Shown here: one piece after another, positions 58,002 through 64,000 of the stretch
How the letters are laid out: every line of letters begins with the position of its first letter
Numbering within the stretch: position 1 is the first letter of the stretch
Origin: Deltaproteobacteria bacterium
GTDB taxonomy: Bacteria > Desulfobacterota > Dissulfuribacteria > Dissulfuribacterales > QOAL01
DNA: 64,000 nt
Assembly (NCBI GenBank): GCA_026991135.1
Contig: JALXCD010000067.1
Location: forward strand, 532 to 64,531
Direction of reading: 5' to 3'
Position numbers and translations under genes: made by a program
The notes under the pieces: generated by a model
The model's input: the letters and a program-made list of their open reading frames with translations, nothing else
What the model was told of the DNA's origin: nothing
Databases searched by the model: none

Positions 58002-58221
58002 GCCGTTTAAGCTCTTTTAACACATCCTCAAAGGCAATTAGGGGTTCGTCTGCCCTTTCTTCAAATGCAGCCAAGTCTTCTGCATCTTCTGCAAGGCTTA
58101 GACGTATGGCCTCGTTAATAAGCTCTGACATGGACCGTGATGTGGCAGCTGCCTTTATTTTTAAGGCCCTGTGAATATCAGGATCCAGATATACTGTGGC
58201 CCTTTTGCTAAGCTGTGCCAT
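57988..58221 (-). CDS. ribbon-helix-helix antitoxin
   Basis: 'KRATVYLDPDIHRALKIKAAATSRSMSELINEAIRLSL' is an RHH fold pattern. It overlaps the toxin start by 14 nt. Strong SD AGGAGGTG. Confidence 0.8.
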   Translation of the reverse strand: MAQLSKRATVYLDPDIHRALKIKAAATSRSMSELINEAIRLSLAEDAEDLAAFEERADEPLIAFEDVLKELKRHGRL

Positions 58222-58307
58222 ATTGTCACCTCCTGGTATTAAAGCAGTATAACATCAAAATGTTTTTGTGACTATAGGTTGGTTAGATGAGGATGTATTT
58301 TTTTCTT

Positions 58308-58323
58308 TGCCAGCATTTACCAG
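58308..58323. promoter_or_regulatory. candidate operator upstream of the parA remnant (TGCCAGCATTTACCAG)
   Basis: Nearly the same two-hexamer unit as the first two iterons of the downstream array (TGCCAGCATATTGCCAG at 58996-59012). Confidence 0.45.
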
Positions 58324-58346
58324 AAAAGCACGAGAAGGGGCACGAA

Positions 58347-58739
58347 ATGCTAGTAATTGCCATAGCCAATCAGAAGGGAGGAGTCGGAAAGACCGCAACC
58401 ACCTTTAATCTTGCTCATGCCATTTCAAGGGCTGGGAAAAAGGTCCTCATGGTTGACCTTGATCCCCAGGGGTCGCTTACTGACTATGCGGGCTTTATTC
58501 CTTCAGAGCAGGATGACACCATCTATGAGGTGCTTCACGGCCAAAAATCCATTCTCGACGTCATACTTAAAGAAGAAGGGGAGGGCGCAGGCGACATTAA
58601 GGTCTTTTCTCCCATTATCTACACAGTAAGAATACAGGAATCCCCTGTGGCAAAGCAGGCTATATTTGATTACGCCCCAGAGACCGAGGCAGGAAAAAGA
58701 TTCTTGGAGCTTGGAAGGGAGGTAATAGATGAGTGCTAA
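58347..58739 (+). pseudogene. parA: ParA/Soj-type partition ATPase with a large in-frame internal deletion (probably non-functional)
   Basis: Deviant Walker A 'NQKGGVGKTATT' and A' 'VLMVDLDPQGS' are present. The ORF is only about 130 aa. It jumps to a ParA C-terminal-like end ('ESPVAKQAIFDYAPETEAGKRFLELGREV') with no Walker B region. Confidence 0.6.
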
Positions 58740-58995
58740 AAGGGTTTCCATGAAGGGGGCAAAGGGTCTTTTAGGCGGAATAGCCCCTAGGGACAAAAAG
58801 ACATCATCTGAAGAGGCAGTTAAAACTGCTCAAACTGTGACAAAGACCAAAAAGAAAGACATAAAATGGCGAAAGGCCACAATAAGGTTTGAAGAGGGTT
58901 TCTTTCTAAAAATTAAGGATAAGCTAGCAAGGGAAGGCCGCACCCTTCAGGGATACATTGAGTACTTGATAAGACGGGATATGGAAAAGGACTGA
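58729..58995 (+). CDS. ribbon-helix-helix protein, ParG-like putative centromere-binding protein
   Basis: A Lys-rich flexible N-tail is followed by 'RKATIRFEEGFFLKIKDKLAREGRTLQGYIEYLIRRDM' (beta-alpha-alpha pattern). The start overlaps the parA stop. Confidence 0.6.
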   Translation: MSAKRVSMKGAKGLLGGIAPRDKKTSSEEAVKTAQTVTKTKKKDIKWRKATIRFEEGFFLKIKDKLAREGRTLQGYIEYLIRRDMEKD

Positions 58996-59086
58996 TGCCA
59001 GCATATTGCCAGTAAAAGCTGGTAAATACTGGCAATATACTGGCAATTACCAGCAATATTACAGTAAATGCTGGCATTCGCTGGCA
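58996..59086. repeat. phased iteron array (putative parC/parS-like centromere): 9 hexamers CTGGCA/TGCCAG and variants at 10-11 bp spacing
   Basis: Hexamer starts: 58996 and 59007 (TGCCAG), 59019 (CTGGTA), 59029 and 59040 (CTGGCA), 59050 (CCAGCA), 59061 (ACAGTA), 59071 and 59081 (CTGGCA). The array fills the whole convergent intergenic gap. Confidence 0.7.
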
Positions 59087-59095
59087 CATAAAGAA

Positions 59096-60571
59096 TCAAA
59101 GGCCGGCGACTTTACACAGAAATTCATAAAGCCTTAAAAGGGCCAGGGTATCCAGGCGGCAGTATTCTAGAAGTGCATTCCTTATTTTTTCCCTCTCCTC
59201 CCTGTCTTTTATCAGGTGAAGTGTGGCAAAGGTGTCCATGGCCATTCCCCCATTTCTGATTTCAAGTCCATTGTAATCAAGGGTTTTGTCATCTGGGAAA
59301 ATGGCAGGCAGGACAGACTTTAGCGAAAGGCTGCCGTTAAATTCCGGGTGGTAGTAGCCCCCGTTCCTAAATGGCTCCATAAGGTCCTCAAATCTTTCTA
59401 GAAGGGAGAGAAGCTCATTTTTGCGAAGAGGGTCATAATCTGCAAGCCCTTTTATTATCCCTTCTTCAAAGCCCTTGTTAAAGGCCACAATGCTCCCTTG
59501 GGGCCTTATGTCCTTTAGCATATGTGAAATGACATGATTTCTAGGGTCCTCGTTTTCATCTGCCAGAAACTCCCTGTGTTCAAGGTTTCCGTCTTCGTAA
59601 AGTATGTGGAGGGAGTATTGAAAGGGTATATGCATGTAGGGCCTTTGTCCGTCAAACCTTGGGATTGGCTCATTGAAGGTTTCAAAGTCAAAAAAGTGTA
59701 TGGGATAGGAAAGGCGAGAAAGAAACTGCCTTATCTTTTTCCTGTCAACATGGACGGAACCCGTCTTTTCGGTCTCTATCTGAAGTGCCTGTATGGCATT
59801 GGGCCTAAAGTCTTCCGGGATGTCTGAGATTTTAAGAATGCCTTCCTGGTAAAGCTCAAATTTCTTAGCCTGAGTTAGGCGGTAAAGATTAAAAATAGAG
59901 CGCTCGGGCACATTGCGCCAGCACCATGACATATAGTCGCAATCATAAAAATTAAAACAGTGGGGACCAATATCCACTTGGGGCATATCGCCTTTAAGCA
60001 TCGTAGAAAATTTTTGTCTGTAATCCTCAATTTCTCCCTGCTTGGACACCACCTCATGGGTTACGTCCTTAATGGCAAAAAGCCCCTTGATGTCTAGCTC
60101 TCCCTTGCGGACGTAGCTGTTGTCTATATGAATGATGAAGGCCCTTTTTATCCTAAGGCCAAAGTTTGAAAAAGCCCTATATTGAAAGGCAACATCAAGA
60201 ATGTGATAGTCCTTTACGGACGTAGAGGCCTTTACCTCATATATTTCCCAGCCATCCCCGTCTCTTTTGAGGATGTCTGCCATTGCAAAGTCTCCCCTTG
60301 CGCTTACCGTGGCTTCATAAATCGTATCCACTCCGGCATCAAGCCACTTCCTGGTCTGGCTGATCATGCCTTTAAAGTTTTCAGGGTCAAAGGCCACCTC
60401 TTTTCCGCCAGGAAAAAGCCTTTTAGCCAGATCTCCCACCATGCGTCCAGATTCAAATCTGGCCTCTTGCCCCTGGTCCGGCTCATCCCTTGGAATGTCG
60501 CTATTTTTGTAGAGCCAAAGGGATTTTGCGCACTTGACTCCCCTTACAAAAAGGGACTTAGAAAGATTCAT
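59096..60571 (-). CDS. DUF2779 protein: N-terminal Cas4/RecB-like PD-(D/E)xK nuclease with Cys cluster, plus a C-terminal DEDD-like exonuclease
   Basis: 'MNLSKSLFVRGVKCAKSLW' is a DUF2779-type N-terminus. Also 'DGWEIYEVKAS', 'HCFNFYDCDYMSWC', 'FFDFETF' and 'YCRLDTLAL'. Confidence 0.7.
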   Translation of the reverse strand: MNLSKSLFVRGVKCAKSLWLYKNSDIPRDEPDQGQEARFESGRMVGDLAKRLFPGGKEVAFDPENFKGMISQTRKWLDAGVDTIYEATVSARGDFAMADILKRDGDGWEIYEVKASTSVKDYHILDVAFQYRAFSNFGLRIKRAFIIHIDNSYVRKGELDIKGLFAIKDVTHEVVSKQGEIEDYRQKFSTMLKGDMPQVDIGPHCFNFYDCDYMSWCWRNVPERSIFNLYRLTQAKKFELYQEGILKISDIPEDFRPNAIQALQIETEKTGSVHVDRKKIRQFLSRLSYPIHFFDFETFNEPIPRFDGQRPYMHIPFQYSLHILYEDGNLEHREFLADENEDPRNHVISHMLKDIRPQGSIVAFNKGFEEGIIKGLADYDPLRKNELLSLLERFEDLMEPFRNGGYYHPEFNGSLSLKSVLPAIFPDDKTLDYNGLEIRNGGMAMDTFATLHLIKDREEREKIRNALLEYCRLDTLALLRLYEFLCKVAGL

Positions 60572-61566
60572 TTTTCATATGCCTCCAGCATTTTTTCCAA
60601 GGCATGCCTAATTTCTTCTCTTAGGCCTTCTGGCTCTAGGAGCTTTGCCTCTGGCCCATAGGTCATCACCCACCTTTTTATGTCGTACCAGCCAGAGGTG
60701 ACCATCTCGAGTATGATGGAGCCGTCGGGCTTTTCAGTAATCTTCTGCTTTCTTGCCCATTTGCGCTCCCTTATGTAGCGGGCCTGATCCCTTGAAAACC
60801 AGATCTTTACGGTGAACTCCTCGTCGTAGATGATGCCAAAGGTGGTATTAAGGAACTTTTCTGGGTCAAAGTCCTCGGGATACTCAAAGGTCTCGTCTGT
60901 TATCTTTAGATCCTTTATTCGCTCAACGGCCAGAATCCGTATCTCATCAAATCGACAGATATTAACAAAGCAATATAGCCCACCGTTGTTTTCAAAAAAA
61001 TAAAGGGGAGCGATCCTGAAATTCTTGATCTTGTCGTCTGAAAAGGCATGGTAGGTTACTAGACAGACCTTGCCCTTGAGTATGGAGCTACAAAGGTCCT
61101 CTATCACCTGCTGCTTGTCAGAATAGTCCTTGTTGAACTTAGAAGGCGCAACAAAGAGAGAGCGCACCTTTTCAAGCTGGGGAAAAAGCCCGGAAGGGAC
61201 AAACATCTCTATCTTTTTGAAGGCGGAATCTATCCTCTTTTCTATGTCTGTTCCTCTAAAGGCCGCCTCTCCCTTTTTAAGGAGATAAAGAGAGATGATC
61301 TCGGAAAGTGAAAAACGCACATCCGGTATGGTAAGATTTGGAAGTCTTTTTTGAAACTCATCAATAAAAAACCACCTCTTTTTTCTTCCAAGGGGCTCCT
61401 TTTCATTTGTCAGTGGAAAGCCCAGCTCCTCTATGGTGTTTAGAAGCCGATAGACAGACCTTTTGTCTATCTCCAGGCGTTCTGAAAGCTCGTTGACCGT
61501 TGCCCCGGAGGGCCTACTCAAAAGATCTATGGCCCTTAGAAGTTTTATAAGGTTTGCGCCCCTCAT
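60568..61566 (-). CDS. WYL-domain transcriptional regulator (wHTH-WYL-WCX architecture)
   Basis: wHTH 'LLRAIDLLSRPSGATVNELSERLEIDKRSVYRLLNTIEELGFPL'. WYL-like core 'VCLVTYHAFSDDKIKNFRIAPLYFFENNGGLYCFV'. The ORF is open to a GTG at 61623; I prefer the ATG at 61566. The stop overlaps the DUF2779 ATG (ATGA). Confidence 0.8.
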   Translation of the reverse strand: MRGANLIKLLRAIDLLSRPSGATVNELSERLEIDKRSVYRLLNTIEELGFPLTNEKEPLGRKKRWFFIDEFQKRLPNLTIPDVRFSLSEIISLYLLKKGEAAFRGTDIEKRIDSAFKKIEMFVPSGLFPQLEKVRSLFVAPSKFNKDYSDKQQVIEDLCSSILKGKVCLVTYHAFSDDKIKNFRIAPLYFFENNGGLYCFVNICRFDEIRILAVERIKDLKITDETFEYPEDFDPEKFLNTTFGIIYDEEFTVKIWFSRDQARYIRERKWARKQKITEKPDGSIILEMVTSGWYDIKRWVMTYGPEAKLLEPEGLREEIRHALEKMLEAYEK

Positions 61567-61604
61567 TTTCCCTTTCTTAAAATTTTCTGAAATTTTTTTT
61601 AAAA

Positions 61605-61625
61605 GTGTGACCAGTTTCGTCACAC
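61605..61625. promoter_or_regulatory. perfect inverted repeat GTGTGAC-N7-GTCACAC in the divergent control region (candidate WYL operator)
   Basis: The 7-bp arms are exact reverse complements. Located between the WYL start (61566) and the ClpP-like start (61695). Confidence 0.5.
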
Positions 61626-61694
61626 ATTGCTGTCATGATAGTTCCCGAAGGCAACTTCACCTCAAACTCCAAACTTTATCATTACGGAGGGAAA

Positions 61695-62264
61695 ATGGAA
61701 AAAGAAAATGTGAGGCAGTCATCGGAAACCCTGGGAGACCAGGGGATAATTTTTATTTCAGGGACCATAAACGAAGGCATATCAGAAGATGTATGCAGGC
61801 AGATCCTGGAGATAAACATCAAGGAGAAGGTGGATCACATCCAGATGATTATAAATTCGTCAGGCGGAGCAATGAACGCAGGCTTTGCAATCATAGACAT
61901 GATGGAGTGGTCATCCATTCCCGTATATACCATTGGCATAGGCATAATCGCTTCCATGGGGCTCATGATTTTTATGGCGGGCGAGAAGGGAAGAAGAGTC
62001 ATAACCCCCAGAACATCCATACTTTCCCATAGGTTTTCCTGGGTCAACCTAGGTCACCATAGCCAGCTTGTGGCTGCAAGGAAGGAAGAGGACCTTGCTC
62101 ACGAAAGGATAGTTGCCCACTACCAGCGCTATACCAGGATTAAGGATCGTGGCGAGCTTGAAAGCACGCTCCTTAGGGACGTGGATACATGGCTGTCTCC
62201 AGGAGAGGCGCTGAAATACGGCATTGCAGATATCATAGAGCCTGGAAGAAGGCAGGCCCTTTAA
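61695..62264 (+). CDS. ClpP-fold (S14-like) serine protease paralogue lacking the N-terminal axial-loop region
   Basis: It aligns by eye to E. coli ClpP from 'RVIFLTG': 'GIIFISG', 'INSSGGAMNAG', 'IASMG' (Ser), 'ILSHRF' (His), 'RDVDTWLSPGEALKYGIAD' (Asp). ATG at 61695 follows the SD GGAGGG; the track ORF starts at 61635. Confidence 0.75.
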   Translation: MEKENVRQSSETLGDQGIIFISGTINEGISEDVCRQILEINIKEKVDHIQMIINSSGGAMNAGFAIIDMMEWSSIPVYTIGIGIIASMGLMIFMAGEKGRRVITPRTSILSHRFSWVNLGHHSQLVAARKEEDLAHERIVAHYQRYTRIKDRGELESTLLRDVDTWLSPGEALKYGIADIIEPGRRQAL

Positions 62265-62289
62265 ACAGTCAAAAAAAGGAGGAAAGCAC

Positions 62290-64000
62290 ATGACAGAAAC
62301 AAATTGCATGGCAGCGGGCTTTGCAGCGCCAACATTAAAAATATCTCCGCTTGGGTCTAGATGGCACGTTGGAAAGGGAGAAACGGACAGGGAGTATTTT
62401 AGAACCAATCTTGAGCATCTGGAAATGATAGAGACAATCATGAAGCTTAGGCTCTGTGAAGCCTGTTTGAGGATAAAGGGACTTGAAAGATTAGAAAAGA
62501 CCCCCTTTGCCAGGCTTGCCCGCAAATATCCTGACTTAAAAAGCGTTAGAGAAGGAATACAATTTCTTGAAGGCAAGAGAAAATTAATGGAAAAGAGCTC
62601 TCTTAAAGAGGGAATAGAGCTTAAACTTTTGCGCCTTGCCGAGACATACGGGCTTAACGAATTTGACCAGCTTATTGTTCAGCTTCTTCTTGTATATCAA
62701 ACCAGTGTGGAATTTAAGGCACTTGTCGAGGCTTGCAATGATGAAACCTGGGGCTCTGTTTTTCCTATGCCCTCTACAGGCGCCATACTTTCTATTTTGT
62801 GTCCGGATTACAAAAGCCAGTTAAACCATCTTCCACATTTCAGCATGGAAGGCACCCTCATTGGGGAATCCATTATCAAGGCGGAAGGCTTTATCAGGAA
62901 AAAGCCTGTAATGGATGTCAACATGAGTCTTGACGGGCAGATTGTGCGTTTCCTCATGGGCGATGAAAGGCGCTACAGGTCCGATTTTTCATGTATAGAA
63001 GTTACACGTCCTTCAGCCGGGCTTGAGCAAGTGATAATAGACGAGAAACTAAAGAAAGACATAGTGGAATATGCGGAAAATTTTGTGCGCTCAAAAAACT
63101 GCAGCCCATGCAATGACAATTTCTTTGGATATGGTACAGGGTTAACAATGCTTTTTCATGGACCTTCCGGGACAGGGAAGACCATGATGGCTCATGCCCT
63201 TGCTGATCATCTGGGGAAAAAGCTTCTGAGTCCCATTTCTGATGATATTGATGAGCTCTTTGATATTTCGGATATTTTGCCTCGCCTATTCAGGGAGGCA
63301 AGGCTTAGCGATGGCATAGTGTTTCTGGATGAGTGCGACGACATCATAAGAGCTGATTCGGCTGCAAACCGCGCCTTTCTTATAGAAATTGAGAAAGCTG
63401 GATGCATAACGATTCTTGCCACGAACAAGGTTTCTGACTTGGATCCAGCCCTTGAGAGGCGTATCAACCTAAGGGTCCGATTTCGTTTGCCAGATAGGGA
63501 TGAAAGGGCAAGAATCTGGCAGACTCTTTTGCCGCCGAATGTCAAAATGGCAGATGATGTAACCTTTGAGGAGCTTGCCGAGAGATTCGTTTTCACAGGA
63601 GGATTGATCAAAAATGCCATAGTGATGGCGTTAAATAGCGCTGAAAAAAAGGGAACAAACATCATCCTTTCTAGAAAGGCCCTATTTAAGGCCGCTTCTT
63701 ACCAGGCTCAGACAATGTTTGATACGTCCAGTCCGGAGCATTCCTATAAGCCTGACATTTCCATCCAGTCCCTTCCCATAAGGGCCGCCGAAAAGGCCTT
63801 TCTCGCCCGCCTTCCGGAAGCACAGAGAAGGAGCCTTGAAAAAAGGGAATGCGGCATTCTTTGCTACCTTGGATGCAGGGATCAGGAAACGGCGGTTTCA
63901 TGTGTGGAGGCTGTTGCTGCAGAATGTGATGCAGGCGTAAGCATGTTCAAGCTTTCGGAAATACTTGCTCCACCCTCCAGGGAGCAAATGGTGCTTGACC
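62290..64000 (+). CDS. AAA+ ATPase (classical clade, Afp15-like N-domain architecture), 3'-partial: runs off the window end
   Basis: Not in the ORF track. My hand translation from the ATG at 62290 (SD AGGAGG 7 nt upstream) gives about 570 codons with no stop. Walker A 'GPSGTGKT' (63160-63183), Walker B 'VFLDECD' (63319-63339), then 'ILATNKVSDLDPALERR', 'RIWQTLLP' and 'TGGLIKNA'. Confidence 0.8.
   Translation, partial: MTETNCMAAGFAAPTLKISPLGSRWHVGKGETDREYFRTNLEHLEMIETIMKLRLCEACLRIKGLERLEKTPFARLARKYPDLKSVREGIQFLEGKRKLMEKSSLKEGIELKLLRLAETYGLNEFDQLIVQLLLVYQTSVEFKALVEACNDETWGSVFPMPSTGAILSILCPDYKSQLNHLPHFSMEGTLIGESIIKAEGFIRKKPVMDVNMSLDGQIVRFLMGDERRYRSDFSCIEVTRPSAGLEQVIIDEKLKKDIVEYAENFVRSKNCSPCNDNFFGYGTGLTMLFHGPSGTGKTMMAHALADHLGKKLLSPISDDIDELFDISDILPRLFREARLSDGIVFLDECDDIIRADSAANRAFLIEIEKAGCITILATNKVSDLDPALERRINLRVRFRLPDRDERARIWQTLLPPNVKMADDVTFEELAERFVFTGGLIKNAIVMALNSAEKKGTNIILSRKALFKAASYQAQTMFDTSSPEHSYKPDISIQSLPIRAAEKAFLARLPEAQRRSLEKRECGILCYLGCRDQETAVSCVEAVAAECDAGVSMFKLSEILAPPSREQMVLD

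Noticed and set aside
61695-62264. ClpP-like gene as a prophage prohead (head-maturation) protease
   Set aside because: No portal, capsid, terminase or any other phage structural gene is adjacent in the window. It is instead followed by an AAA+ ATPase and controlled divergently with a WYL regulator. This cannot be fully excluded without the downstream sequence.
62049-63665. Minus-strand ORFs 62049..62576 (175 aa) and 63207..63665 (152 aa) as real genes
   Set aside because: Both are Ser/Leu/Phe-rich and low in complexity, and they lie antisense to a plus-strand frame with clear AAA+ motifs. They are shadow ORFs of the untracked AAA+ gene.

Overview
This 64-kb chromosomal window comes from a low-GC bacterium. 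Gene content suggests a Desulfobacterota/deltaproteobacteria-like anaerobe, but that is inference only. About 56 kb is core genome.

Core blocks, in order:
- an LPS/O-antigen block (O-antigen-ligase-like, GT4, epimerase);
- a multiply frameshifted phosphate acetyltransferase pseudogene;
- rpsT, then hemA / ccsA-like / sirC;
- a complete, tightly packed type II secretion cluster (gspG-E-F-H-I-J-K-L-M-D plus a GspC-like gene, minus strand);
- diverging from it, an 11-gene complex I operon (nuoABCDHIJKLMN, no nuoEFG);
- a short divergent UvrA paralogue and a short endonuclease V;
- a split ATP synthase Fo operon (atpZ-I-B-E) and hemL;
- patatin and unknown envelope proteins;
- an M20 amidohydrolase / GCS2 ligase / GGT operon;
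- gatB, mtnA, a GAF protein coupled to mreB;
- an arn-like lipid-glycan modification cluster (GT2, flippase-like, GT39/83, PAP2).

From about 56.3 kb to the window end the content changes to a mosaic accessory island:
- an AbiEii-type nucleotidyltransferase module;
- a RelE/ParE-RHH toxin-antitoxin pair;
- a crippled ParA plus an RHH protein, followed by a phased array of 9 CTGGCA iterons;
- a decayed duplicate of a WYL/DUF2779 gene junction;
- an intact WYL-DUF2779 operon, divergent from a ClpP-like protease and a large AAA+ ATPase.

The AAA+ ORF runs off the window end and is missing from the ORF track. This WYL-centred four-gene locus is my best candidate for an undescribed conflict/defence system. 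I found no rRNA, tRNA, CRISPR array, integrase or transposase.
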